The notes under the pieces: generated by a model
What the model saw: the letters and a program-made list of their open reading frames with translations, nothing else
Told to the model about the DNA's origin: nothing
The model's database searches: none
Assembly (NCBI GenBank): GCA_965222225.1
Contig: CBDCTK010000002.1
Coordinates: 448,001 to 512,000 of the forward strand
DNA length: 64,000 bases
Reading direction: 5' to 3'
Source of the DNA: Candidatus Poribacteria bacterium
Lineage (GTDB): Bacteria > Poribacteria > WGA-4E > JAJDTR01
Translations under genes and position numbers: made by a program
Part shown: positions 28,647 to 39,354 of the stretch, piece after piece
Layout: each line of letters begins with the position of its first letter
How positions within the stretch are numbered: position 1 is the first letter of the stretch

Positions 28647-29843
28647 TCAACTCAGTTTTGCCAGAATTTCTTCATACACGCGGAAATGTTCCCCTTCTTC
28701 GTCTGCTGGTCCCACGTGCTTTAACCAAGGCGCTTGATTGGGCTTGTCACGGTGCAATTCTCTCCAACTACCTAACGTCTGGGTATCCACCCCGTGCCAC
28801 GTTACCTCTCTGTCTTGGAGGAGGACGTATTGACCCGCGTATTCATTCATTATTTCATCTTGATGGGCACGGTAGAACAGCGCCTGTTCACAAGTGGTCT
28901 TACGCCACGCCGCTATCTCTTGTGCCGAGTCGAATTCGCATGAGTCGAATTCAGCGAGTGGTGGCTCCAAATCGGTTTGGAAATCAATCTCGTCCAGATT
29001 TACGGTTCCTAATCCACTTTCCGCGGCGATTGCCAGTGCATTTCGATCTCGCTTGAATGGGGGCGTGGGCCAATCCGAGGCTGGATCGTGGCCCATCAGC
29101 CAAGTGCCGCAGGCGTCCGTGGAGATTGGGTGATCGCCTGCAATCAGGGCGTTGCAAATACGCCCCTCCCCATCCCATTCGCGCTGAGATTGTCCCACCA
29201 GTGCGTCAACGACATTTAGGCAGGGTTGCATAATCATGCCCAAATCCACTAGAAAATAGGGAAGCCTAATTAGGTGGTGGAAGTAGTTTCTAGGTCTGTT
29301 ATGCGGCGGCAGCGGAAGCACGCCAAACAGGTTCTTCAAGCATAAGGTAATACCCATGAAAGCATGGTTTTTCATTTTTGATACCGATACCACGGCATCC
29401 GCGTCATCAAAACACGCGTGAAGTTTGTACCTCGAAAACATCAAACCTCCGCCGGGCACCTCATAGGTCTTGAACGGGGGCATCGTCGAGTCTATATATT
29501 CCACCCCAAATTCTTGGAGTAGAGGAATATAGTTGATGGTCTCAAGCCCGCCCTTAAAATGGGTGTCGGTTGCTACGATCTGAGCGTTGCTGTGCTCTTT
29601 GAGGAAGATAAGGACAGCGCGCATAACTGAATCATCCACCAATTCACGGCGGCGCCCGGCAAATCGCTCAATGGGTGCCCGCATCATATTGGTTTTTATC
29701 ACGATTTTGCGTGCTTTCCGTATTTTTTCGATCGAGCGTTTCAGGGGTTCAGCGATTCTACAGAGATGATGGTATATCTCATCATCGGAAGCGCGATGAT
29801 GGCAGTGGATGGCGCGAACTGAGTAGTTAGTGGAAGGTGCCAT
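28647..29843 (-). CDS. DUF362 domain protein
   Basis: IVIKTN, KMKNHAFMGITLCLKNLFG. Confidence 0.9.
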   Translation of the reverse strand: MAPSTNYSVRAIHCHHRASDDEIYHHLCRIAEPLKRSIEKIRKARKIVIKTNMMRAPIERFAGRRRELVDDSVMRAVLIFLKEHSNAQIVATDTHFKGGLETINYIPLLQEFGVEYIDSTMPPFKTYEVPGGGLMFSRYKLHACFDDADAVVSVSKMKNHAFMGITLCLKNLFGVLPLPPHNRPRNYFHHLIRLPYFLVDLGMIMQPCLNVVDALVGQSQREWDGEGRICNALIAGDHPISTDACGTWLMGHDPASDWPTPPFKRDRNALAIAAESGLGTVNLDEIDFQTDLEPPLAEFDSCEFDSAQEIAAWRKTTCEQALFYRAHQDEIMNEYAGQYVLLQDREVTWHGVDTQTLGSWRELHRDKPNQAPWLKHVGPADEEGEHFRVYEEILAKLS

Positions 29844-29874
29844 AATTATTCCTCATGTGATATTCAGGCAAATA

Positions 29875-29992
29875 GGACTTGCACAGCAACAGAAAGTCGC
29901 GATTCCGAGTTCGCTCCTACAGGGATTTTAACGCAGAAGCGTGCAATAGACTCCCTTACCGCGAAACTTTAGGTATTAAACTGTGTAAGTCC
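29875..29992. mobile_element. MITE-like element with GGACTT(A/G)CACAG ends enclosing a REP-like unit
   Basis: GGACTTGCACAG / CTGTGTAAGTCC inverted repeat, 1 mismatch. Confidence 0.5.
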
Positions 29993-30355
29993 GAACAAAT
30001 TAATAAACTATAAAAACGAACGGTTCATGATAGCGCGATCCATTGAGCGTTTTTGTTCAGACAGAGCTCTTGGATGCTGATTTGGTATGGGATTATTATA
30101 ACTCGCATTGTTATTTCTGTATAGTCAATTATCTGAGTTGGGAGGGAAGCGTTCCCAGCGCCATTTACGTTTTCGGTTGACTGCAAAACTGAGAAACGAT
30201 AAAATCACACATTAGCGTCGATCTCGGTTGCGTGAGATTCGATGAAGGAACGAGCGAAGTTTCATTTATTACGCCACTGAGAATCGTCGTATACGCGCTT
30301 ATCGGACCATTTGGTCGGATGTCAATAATCCTCCCAGAACGGAGCAAAGTCAGTT

Positions 30356-33300
30356 ATGAACAGCTTACACCCAGACACGCGGATATTGCATATTTCCAAT
30401 GAGGCAAGATGTCAATCAAATGACGCGCTACGATGGCGCTGCATTGGGCCTCCGCGCGGTGGGCGCGTTGTCGCTGTGGCAGGACATCCCTCGGAATTAA
30501 TGACCTTCTACTTTGGCGCGTGTGCTGGCGGCGTTTGGAAAACAGTTGACGGAGGCACGTATTGGGAGAATATCTCGGACGGGTTCTTCAATACTGCATC
30601 TATCGGAGCGCTTGCCGTATCGGAGTCCGATCCAAACGTTATCTACGCAGGCACTGGTGAGACAACAATTCGCTTGGATGTTTCATACGGCGATGGCATC
30701 TATAAGTCGGTTGATGGCGGGAAGACATGGGCTCACCTCGGGTTGGATGAGACACGGCATATCGGCGAAATTCGTGTCCATCCGCAAAATCCCGACTTGG
30801 TCTATGTGGCAGCACTGGGACATGCCTTTGGTCCAAACTCGGAACGCGGCGTCTTTCGTTCCAAGGACGGCGGAGAGAATTGGGAGAAGGTGCTGTTTCG
30901 GAGTGACAAGGCGGGAGCCGTAGATTTGACGATGGACCCCAACAATCCGCGTGTCCTTTTTGCGTCCATTTGGGAGACACATCGCAACTTCTGGGAGCTA
31001 TCGAGTGGCGGTCCCGACAGCAGCCTCTACAGATCGACTGATGGCGGCGATACTTGGGAAGACATTACAAACAATCAAGGTATACCGACGGGCATCAAAG
31101 GAAAAATCGGCGTCTCAATCTCGCCAGCCAAATCTGACCGCGTCTGGGCAATCGTTGAAGCAGAAAAGGGTGGTGTATACTATTCGGAAGATGGCGGTGA
31201 CAAGTGGGAGCTGCTTACATCGAATCATGCGCTCTGGGAACGTCCGTGGTATTACTGTCACATTTTCGCCGATCCACAGGATTCTGAAACAGTATACATC
31301 ACGAATCTCTCAATGTGGAAATCGACCGATGGGGGCAAGACTTTTACCGACATCACTACCCCTCACGGCGACAACCACGACCTATGGATCGATTCGAATG
31401 ACGCGCAGCGCATGATTCTGGGCAATGATGGCGGCGCGTGTGTCTCATTTAACGGGGGTGAAAGTTGGTCATCCATTTACAACCAACTTACTGCGCAATT
31501 CTACCGCATTGCGGTGGATAATCGATTCCCCTACCGTGTTTACGCTACGCAACAGGACAATTCGAGCATTAGCGTTCCCAGCGCCACCGAGTATGGTGGA
31601 ATAAGATGGAACGACTGTTATCCGGCAGGCACGGGTGAAAGTGGTGACATCGCCGTACGCCCCGACGATCCAAATATTGTGTACATCGGAGCGGTTGGCA
31701 GTTCGCCGGGGGGCGGCGGAGTGCTACAACGCTATGATCATCGTACGCGGCATGTTCGACTAATCACCGTTTGGCCCGAGGGATATTTTGGCTGGGGACC
31801 AAGAGATCTCAAGTACCGCTTTTCGTGGACATTTCCCATCACATTGTCCCCGCACAATCCGGATATTCTTTACACCGCGGGAAACTTGGTGTTCCGATCG
31901 ACTGACGAGGGAAACAGTTGGGAAGCTATCAGCCCGGATCTCACGCGTAATGATCAAACCAAGCTTGGACCATCTGGTGGCCCAATTACGCTTGACTGTA
32001 GCGGTGCAGAGCATTATGGTACTATTTATGCTTTTGCGGAGTCCTCTCATACACCCGGCGTATTCTGGGCAGGCAGCGATGATGGCATTATTCACATCTC
32101 TAGGAATGGCGGAGCGAGCTGGGAGAACATTACACCAACCGATTTGCCCGAATGGTCGTTGATTCATAAGATTGAACTCTCCGTCCATGACAGAGGAACT
32201 GCTTATGTTGCAGCTACCCGTTACAAACTGGACGATTACCAGCCATATCTTTACAAAACAGAAGACTACGGTGCAACGTGGAGGATTATCAGTGAAAACT
32301 TTCCTGATGGCGAGATTACTCGTGTCATTCGCGAAGACCCGATTCGGAAGCATTTGCTTTACGTCGGGACTGAAACCGGCGTCTTCGTTTCATTTGACGA
32401 TGGCGAAAACTGGGGGTGCTTACAGTCGAACTTGCCCGTTGTCCCTGTCTACGACATGGTCGTCAAAGACAATGAGCTTGTCATTGCGACCCATGGCAGA
32501 TCGTTCTGGATTCTTGATGATTTGACACCATTGCGTCAACTTACTGACGAGGTTACGCAAAGTCCAGTTCATCTATTTGAACCACCTGCCACCTATCGGC
32601 GGTACCTGCAATGGAGTGCCAGGGGATTCCGAAGCGGGACCGGAAAGAACTACATGGTTGGTCTCGGGGCAGCAGCAACCTTTTATGAGGATAAACTGTC
32701 TCAAGGGGGACGTACTCGGAGATTTATTGATGCTGGCGAGGGACCACCTGCCGGCGTTGTCATTCATTATCTACTCAAGGATGCTCCTACAGAAGAAATA
32801 ACACTGACAATCCTTGATAGCCAAGGCGAAGAAATCTCAACCGTCGCAAGCTCAAGTGAGGAATGCGGTGAAACGACAGAAGATAGCGATACCGACGCCG
32901 GGACTCGGGATACCGGGGCGAAACGCCTTTTGTCCGCCGATTACGGATTGAACCGTTTTGTGTGGGATATGCGATACCCCGATGCAACAGAGGTTGCCGA
33001 GGGTGCCTCAGAAGAACCGGGGAATCCGCTAGACAGAGAAAGCGGTGGGCCGCTTGCACCGCCCGGAGTGTATCAAGCACAACTGAAAGTGGGCGACCGG
33101 TTATACACTCAATCTTTCGAGTTACTCAAAGATCCGCGCGTGTCCGCCACTCAGGAGGATTTTGAAGCCCAGTTTAGATTGTGGTGCGATATCCGTGACA
33201 AAATATCTGAGACGCATGAGGGAATTAATATGCTCCGCCACATTAGACAACAGGTAGAGGAGTGGAATCGACGTGCGACAGAGAACGCTGAGTACGAAAC

Positions 33301-33610
33301 AATCTCTGAGGCGGCGGATGCGTTGTTGGAGAAACTCAAAGCGATTGAAATGGAGCTTATCCAGACTGATCCCGATGCAGAAACCGGACGTCTACGCATG
33401 CCAGTTCGACTGAACGCAAAGTTGGAGGATTTGACGAGTGTAGTGTCCTGTGTTGATGCCGCACCACCGAAACAGGTTTACGAGGTTTTTGAACATCTCT
33501 CTAGTATGGTTGATGAGCATCTCTCGAAACTTCAATCACTAATCGAGGCGGATGTCGCTGAGTTCAACGCACTGGTTGATGCCGCGAACTTGCCCGCTGT
33601 CGGCGTATAA
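30356..33610 (+). CDS. VPS10/BNR-repeat glycosyl hydrolase-like protein
   Basis: WRCIGPPRGGRV; many S.DGG.TW Asp boxes; ATHGRSFWILDD. Confidence 0.92.
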   Translation: MNSLHPDTRILHISNEARCQSNDALRWRCIGPPRGGRVVAVAGHPSELMTFYFGACAGGVWKTVDGGTYWENISDGFFNTASIGALAVSESDPNVIYAGTGETTIRLDVSYGDGIYKSVDGGKTWAHLGLDETRHIGEIRVHPQNPDLVYVAALGHAFGPNSERGVFRSKDGGENWEKVLFRSDKAGAVDLTMDPNNPRVLFASIWETHRNFWELSSGGPDSSLYRSTDGGDTWEDITNNQGIPTGIKGKIGVSISPAKSDRVWAIVEAEKGGVYYSEDGGDKWELLTSNHALWERPWYYCHIFADPQDSETVYITNLSMWKSTDGGKTFTDITTPHGDNHDLWIDSNDAQRMILGNDGGACVSFNGGESWSSIYNQLTAQFYRIAVDNRFPYRVYATQQDNSSISVPSATEYGGIRWNDCYPAGTGESGDIAVRPDDPNIVYIGAVGSSPGGGGVLQRYDHRTRHVRLITVWPEGYFGWGPRDLKYRFSWTFPITLSPHNPDILYTAGNLVFRSTDEGNSWEAISPDLTRNDQTKLGPSGGPITLDCSGAEHYGTIYAFAESSHTPGVFWAGSDDGIIHISRNGGASWENITPTDLPEWSLIHKIELSVHDRGTAYVAATRYKLDDYQPYLYKTEDYGATWRIISENFPDGEITRVIREDPIRKHLLYVGTETGVFVSFDDGENWGCLQSNLPVVPVYDMVVKDNELVIATHGRSFWILDDLTPLRQLTDEVTQSPVHLFEPPATYRRYLQWSARGFRSGTGKNYMVGLGAAATFYEDKLSQGGRTRRFIDAGEGPPAGVVIHYLLKDAPTEEITLTILDSQGEEISTVASSSEECGETTEDSDTDAGTRDTGAKRLLSADYGLNRFVWDMRYPDATEVAEGASEEPGNPLDRESGGPLAPPGVYQAQLKVGDRLYTQSFELLKDPRVSATQEDFEAQFRLWCDIRDKISETHEGINMLRHIRQQVEEWNRRATENAEYETISEAADALLEKLKAIEMELIQTDPDAETGRLRMPVRLNAKLEDLTSVVSCVDAAPPKQVYEVFEHLSSMVDEHLSKLQSLIEADVAEFNALVDAANLPAVGV

Positions 33611-33697
33611 GTCTGTTTGAGTCTAGATGATTTGCAATTCTTAGTATATTCGTAGATTGAACCACTCGTACCCGCGCGCCACTTAATTGTCTGTTTT

Positions 33698-34894
33698 ATG
33701 AAGCATCGCCACAACTTTATTAGTATTACGGTTGCCGATTTCATTGTTAGATCAGCATACCAGATTGGCAAGACACCAATCCTGCCGATTTTCGCGGCGA
33801 GGTTAGGCGCCCCTTGGACGTTACTCGGATTTATAGTCTCCGTCTCCACAATGACGGGTATCGTGCTTAAACCAGCCGTTGGAATCCTCTCCGACCGCTG
33901 GGGGCGACATTCGTGGCTTTTCGCGGGGACTATACTTTTTGCCGGAGTGCCGTTTCTGTATCGATTCGTCCAAACACCGGACGAACTTTTTGGCATTCGC
34001 GTCCTCCACGGTCTAGCCACAGCCATTTATGGACCCGTAACATTGGCCTTCGTTGCCGAGCAGACGGAGACTAAACGTGCTGAAAAACTAGGTTGGTTCG
34101 GCATGGCGCGCCAGGCTGGTTACATCCTTGGGCCTGCAATTGGTGGCTGGCTGCTGCTGACGATGGAACCGGTCTCCGTTTTCACACTAATAGGACTGTT
34201 TAGCTGCTTTGCGTTCATTCCAGTCGTTTTGTTGAGAAAACAGCCTGCGCATTCTTGGATTGTGCGCCCGCCAATCGGTCAGCAAGTCGTAATGGCGCTA
34301 AAGGCTGGTCTCAACACACCGTCCATCTGGTTATCCGGTACCCTCGAATCGGCATTGTTTATTGCTCTATATGCAACAAAGGCATTTCTACCGGTGTATG
34401 CTAGTTCGTTAGGTATTAGCGTTGCCCTGATTGGGACATTCTTCGCTATCCAAGAGGGAACGCACATGATTTTGAAGCCTTTGGGTGGACACATCGGGGA
34501 CCGTTTTGGCTATATCGGGGCCATATACGTCGGCATGATTTTGGTGGGCATCGGGCTTCCGCTACTCACGTTCGCCAACGGTATGTTAAGCCTTGCCGTG
34601 TTAGCTATGATTATTGGCGCGGGTCAGGCTTTCGTTTTCCCGTCTACCGTTGCGCTAGTGTCAGCCCAGATTGACTCGGCGTATACTGGAGCTGGCATGG
34701 GGTTAATCGGTATGCTGAAAAATGCCGGTAAAGTCGCCGGGCCGATTCTGGGTGGCATTCTGATTGATCAGTTTGACTTCAAGCAGATGTTTCAGTTGAT
34801 GGGAGTACTGTTGTTGCTGGGCGCTGCCTTGATGTGGTATTGGGGACAACGTGATCCGAACCACATCGCTGTTAAAATGAGCGCCCAAGAGTGA
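33698..34894 (+). CDS. MFS transporter
   Basis: ~12 TM; GILSDRWGR and GHIGDRFG motif A. Confidence 0.92.
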   Translation: MKHRHNFISITVADFIVRSAYQIGKTPILPIFAARLGAPWTLLGFIVSVSTMTGIVLKPAVGILSDRWGRHSWLFAGTILFAGVPFLYRFVQTPDELFGIRVLHGLATAIYGPVTLAFVAEQTETKRAEKLGWFGMARQAGYILGPAIGGWLLLTMEPVSVFTLIGLFSCFAFIPVVLLRKQPAHSWIVRPPIGQQVVMALKAGLNTPSIWLSGTLESALFIALYATKAFLPVYASSLGISVALIGTFFAIQEGTHMILKPLGGHIGDRFGYIGAIYVGMILVGIGLPLLTFANGMLSLAVLAMIIGAGQAFVFPSTVALVSAQIDSAYTGAGMGLIGMLKNAGKVAGPILGGILIDQFDFKQMFQLMGVLLLLGAALMWYWGQRDPNHIAVKMSAQE

Positions 34895-35419
34895 GGAGAT
34901 GGGAAAAAATCCTGAATGCACTAATTATTTTTGGCCCAAACCCGCAAAAGTGCATCCGAAACTGTGTTATAGTGAAAGATTGTAATTTCACATGCTTGGT
35001 ACAGCATTGTGTGAACCGCAATCTTATCCCATACCGCTCCTCAGCGGGGAAGGGGGTATTGAAAATGAAATCACCGAGGTGGTGTGACTGTTGATGTCAC
35101 TCTTCAGGCTAGCGGAGTGAAGGGCTTTGCCCTCCACTCCGTTGCCATACATATACTGAACACAAGACAGGTATTAACTATCAGCGCTGCTCGATCGATG
35201 TTCCCTTCCTGCACTCTGTGACCTGTGCTTGGGAGGCGCGACACGTTGTAGCGTAAAGAGTTGTAAGTTCGTTCCATCTAACCGAACACTGGGTTTTATT
35301 TAAGAGTCACAGTTCTGGACGTTCCGAAAATGAGCATTGACTTACGAAAACGTCGGACCTAATAACCGACCGCACAAAATTCTTCAGGCAGCATTCTGAA
35401 GATGAGAAAGGAGGCAACA

Positions 35420-35509
35420 GTGATAAATTTAATTGTGCATCCACAAATTCAGCTTAATGGATGCCACACGATACTCGGCACCGGTACCTCTGCCCCCCGC
35501 CTTACATAA
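35420..35509 (+). CDS. putative 29-aa leader peptide
   Basis: AGAAAGGAGG SD + GTG; MINLIVHPQIQLNGCHTILGTGTSAPRLT. Confidence 0.4.
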   Translation: MINLIVHPQIQLNGCHTILGTGTSAPRLT

Positions 35510-35611
35510 ACTGCTCACCACAACATCTCCCGATGCGATTGGGACGAGACGTTTGACCGGCTGTGGCATAGGTACCTTCTGACTCGCTTTATATGAAGGA
35601 GAAAACCGTCT

Positions 35612-35986
35612 ATGCCGCGATTCAACCCGGATTTCTGGGAAATCCTTGTTCCATCGACCTATTTGCATCAGTTCTGTAACGAAGACCAACTTCAGTACGA
35701 ATCCCCCGAACATCGCGAACTACAAATTGAACGCCAAGTCGAAAAGCAGTCAGTGTTAGCGCAGATTCGTGAAATCATTGGTGAGGAACTCACTGCTATC
35801 CAGCGAAATTGTGTTATGCTCCACTATTTTGAAGGGCAAACCCAAGAACAAATTGCGTCGACACTCGGAATCTCAAGGCGCGTGGTGAGTCAGCATCTTT
35901 TTGGCGTGAAACGGAATGGAAAGCGTGTTGGCGGTGCAATCAACAAGATTCGCAAAGTTTGCACAAAACGGGGGGTATGGTTATAA
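35612..35986 (+). CDS. sigma-70 region 4 HTH protein
   Basis: LTAIQRNCVMLHYFEGQTQEQIASTLGISRRVVSQHL; AAGGAG SD. Confidence 0.85.
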   Translation: MPRFNPDFWEILVPSTYLHQFCNEDQLQYESPEHRELQIERQVEKQSVLAQIREIIGEELTAIQRNCVMLHYFEGQTQEQIASTLGISRRVVSQHLFGVKRNGKRVGGAINKIRKVCTKRGVWL

Positions 35987-36448
35987 ATTGTTGTTCTTAG
36001 CGAGTTCTACAATTCGAGAATTTAACCTTATTGATGCCATGGATTTCTGGGCCAAATCGGTATGCGTCTAGCACAACCATTTTGCACCAAATCGGCCAAA
36101 AACAGAAGAGGTTCTGCACCATTTCTTCCAGCCTAATCAGATACGTTTCACTGGGACGAGACCTTACTGCTTTAGTCGCGAATCCAAGGCTCTGGATTTC
36201 GAAGAGTGTAAAACGTCCCATTCAGCTACTAACTCGCGCAAGGTCTCTGTGTCATGTTGACGCTTCACGTTAGTTAATGTTATTATTTTGTTTCCCCGCA
36301 TGCCGAAGTCGGTGTATTTCGAATATGTCGGTTCAAGAGCAACCAACTCAGTTAACCTAAGTTGCGCCTTATGGAAATTGTGGGGTGTGCGGTTTTTGGG
36401 TTTTGTATTGCGATTTTGTGCATAATCTCGCCCGCGGGGCGGGCTAGA

Positions 36449-36535
36449 AGGGATCTCTATCGCGGTGGAATCTCTATCGTCCTCGCTATTCCCTCGGTTG
36501 ATCACTCCATATTCAGTCGCTCGATCCCAACCTAC
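36449..36535 (+). repeat. micro-repeat array adjoining a CCTAC REP end
   Basis: gggatctctatcgcggt + ggaatctctatcgtcctcgctattccctcggttgatc. Confidence 0.8.
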
Positions 36536-36583
36536 AGAAAGAGAGCGCAATTATTCGATTTAAAGATACGGAAGGTTTGATTG

Positions 36584-37348
36584 ATGACTAAAAAGACGAA
36601 CCATATAAACCGAACACCTGTTCTAGTGTCTTGGTCTTCGGGCAAGGATTCCGCTTGGGCATTTTAAACGCTGTGGAAGCAGCCGGAACTCTATACGGTT
36701 CGCGGTGTGTTCACTACCGTAACCAAGACATTTGATAGGGTTTCCATACACTCTACACCGTCGTGGGTTCTAAAGGAGCAAGCCGAAAAACTAGGTGTCC
36801 CTTTGTACGAGATACTGATACCTTATCCCTGTTCCAATGCACAGTATGAAGACGCAATGCGCGCATTCCTTGACCAAGTGAAAGTATTACCGGAAGATTT
36901 GGGAGCGACACACTTCGCATTCGGAGATCTCTTTCTGGAGGACATTCGCCAGTATCGGGAGGATAAACTGCGCGGGACAGGCTTTACGCCGATTTTTCCG
37001 GTATGGAGTCAGGACACAGCCACACTCGCCCAAGAAATGATTGATTCTGGAGTGCGGGCGATTGTAACAGCCCTTAATCCAACCAAGCTGCCGGAGGAAT
37101 TCGCCGGCAGATGGTTCGATTCCAAGTTTCTCGCGGACTTACCTGAGGGGGTAGACCCGCTAGGCGAGAACGGAGAGTTTCATACTGGCGTCGTTGACGG
37201 TCCAATGCTCAGCGCACCTATCAAAGCGAAACCCGGCAGAATTGTTAAGCGAGATATTGTTTCCGCTTCTAACGACAGCGATGATAATATTCACGCCGGG
37301 AACAGTTCGCCGACTTATGTCTATGCGGATGTAGTGCCCTTGCTCTGA
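36584..37348 (+). pseudogene. MJ0570/diphthamide-synthase-like PP-loop ATP-binding protein with premature stop
   Basis: SWSSGKDSAWAF* (TAA 36665-36667) in frame with FGDLFLEDIR...DPLGENGEFHT. Confidence 0.85.
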
Positions 37349-37739
37349 TGCTTTGTACCACGCTTGACGCATTCTGTTGCACACTGTTACCCATTTCAGA
37401 GGCATTCAGTCGAAAACGCAGAACTGGAACAGGAGGCGGGAATTCAAAACAGATGCGCACCGATTCTCACACGTAATCAACTGAAAGCTAGTTTTCCCGA
37501 AAATTGGCATTATTATTGCTATAAGTTCGAGTATAGTGAGAATCTACTAACTTCGAGACAGTGGGGAAATTCAGTTAAAACGCTGATTTTCTCAAATTTT
37601 GAAACGGATAAAGTAGAATAAACGTCACAATTTGATACAGTTTTGTATGAAATACAGGACACGGAATTGAGACCGATATCCAAAAAAAGCGAATACAATA
37701 CCGTTGACGCTTTGAACGTTATATGATGAGAGACTGAAA

Positions 37740-37964
37740 ATGGAAGCAAAACACCTAGAAGGTAACCAACCGAACTTTTACGAACTCTCTCTACTCTTGG
37801 CAAGCAGCCAGTCCAGAGACTACGCAAGTGGCGAGACTGACTGGGAGAGTTTTATTAACAATCTGTCGCGTATATCCGATGAGTTCGCAGCTCAGATTCA
37901 ATCGGAAGAGAAATCGTGGCAGGAGACATTGCGCTCAGATTATAGACCGGTCTATCAGGTATAA
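37740..37964 (+). CDS. small hypothetical protein
   Basis: Open frame followed by a terminator. Confidence 0.6.
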   Translation: MEAKHLEGNQPNFYELSLLLASSQSRDYASGETDWESFINNLSRISDEFAAQIQSEEKSWQETLRSDYRPVYQV

Positions 37965-38007
37965 TACCTCTTCGATTACCGGATTTTCTGACTGAAACAG
38001 ACGACTA

Positions 38008-38040
38008 GCGGCTAAGATATAATATCTTAGCCGCTTTTTT
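38008..38040 (+). terminator. intrinsic terminator
   Basis: AGCGGCTAAGAT-ataat-ATCTTAGCCGCT followed by a T run. Confidence 0.85.
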
Positions 38041-38320
38041 GTTCTCCGATGTGGCCCTTCTGATAATCCCCGATAAAACCAAAACGCGTTACAGATATGC
38101 TACAATTGTGTCAAAACCGAGTGACGCTAGTGTAATCTTATATACGCTTTTCGCGTTTTTCATACTCGCCACACCCACGTCTGGCATTGTAGTTCAAGGG
38201 TGCGCACGTTGGGAGAATGTATTCAACGTTCATCCACCTACCTCTCTCCAAAGTTCTTCTACGTCGATTGACAATTTCCGAATCGTTAGTCAAATTCGGT
38301 TTACCCTTGAGCCAACGGTG

Positions 38321-39283
38321 TCATGTTGCGACCGTGCTTTGGCGAATTGACTGTTGATAGACCGAATGAGCGTCTTCCGGGCTCAATTGCTCATCCAGCA
38401 CGCTTCGAAGAGCTCTTGCAATACCCACAGGAGATTCTTCGCCGAAAATGGTGCGCCCGAACAAAATCGCACGACCTCCGTTTTGAATGACGTTGCTAGC
38501 AAGCTGCAGCGTCTTGCGAGCATTTTCGCGTGGCCCGCCCAATGCCCCGATAATGAGTGTAGGGTCAAATTGTGTTAGCTCTCTCCAAACCTTAGCAGTC
38601 GTATACGCAGTTTTGATGAAACGTGGTCTCTGAAGTTTGCGGAGGTAATTCATGGTCCGAACAATTGAATCTGCAACGTACATTCCCCGTTTCTCATCGT
38701 CTAAGCCGGGCAGTTTGATATTCGGCAGAAAAACCTCCAAAATGTGATCGAATCCCTTCATCTCACCCACCGTGTGTGCGAACTGGATATAGGCGTTGAG
38801 CATTCGTTCATCAGCAACCACATCGTTGTTCAGTGTGATTGAATATAACCCAAGCGAGACACGGCATTCCAGTGCGGGTGCCACAAGAGTCTCGCAATAG
38901 GCTTGTGCATCGTCCGGGAATACGGTTTGGAATGGTCTCGAATGCTGAGATTGATAGGCGCCGAAGCGTGGACTCCAGATGGCAGTCTCCGCGTTCATGC
39001 GTACCAGCGGTGTCACCGGCATACTATCGAAGAGCACCTCCTCAAGTGCGAGCACTTCAGCATCGGCAGGTGTCATCAATAATCCATCTATACTTCCATC
39101 CGCCACGAGGTCGCGCTGCAACTGCAAGAATTCTGGGCGGGTGCGATGGTGCGGTTTTGGGCGCTGCACATACCCAAGCCCCTGTATCCCAACCGCCGCA
39201 AGCGGATCGGCGGCAAATACAAAAATTGGACTAGCGTCAAGATGGTCGCTGTTCTCTAGTTTCTCAAATACACGATCTCCCAT
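38321..39283 (-). CDS. class I aldolase-like TIM-barrel protein
   Basis: DGLLMT, ILEVF, FIKTAY, GALGG, ILFGRTIF. Confidence 0.65.
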   Translation of the reverse strand: MGDRVFEKLENSDHLDASPIFVFAADPLAAVGIQGLGYVQRPKPHHRTRPEFLQLQRDLVADGSIDGLLMTPADAEVLALEEVLFDSMPVTPLVRMNAETAIWSPRFGAYQSQHSRPFQTVFPDDAQAYCETLVAPALECRVSLGLYSITLNNDVVADERMLNAYIQFAHTVGEMKGFDHILEVFLPNIKLPGLDDEKRGMYVADSIVRTMNYLRKLQRPRFIKTAYTTAKVWRELTQFDPTLIIGALGGPRENARKTLQLASNVIQNGGRAILFGRTIFGEESPVGIARALRSVLDEQLSPEDAHSVYQQSIRQSTVAT

Positions 39284-39354
39284 AATCTTCTCCTGATTGA
39301 AGGTGCAATTTTGAAGCTCTGAATCAAGGCGTTGTTGTCATCATTATTCCTGGT

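Noticed and set aside
35997-36580. Short ORFs between the sigma-like gene and the ATPase pseudogene
   Set aside because: No motifs; partly made of micro-repeat DNA.
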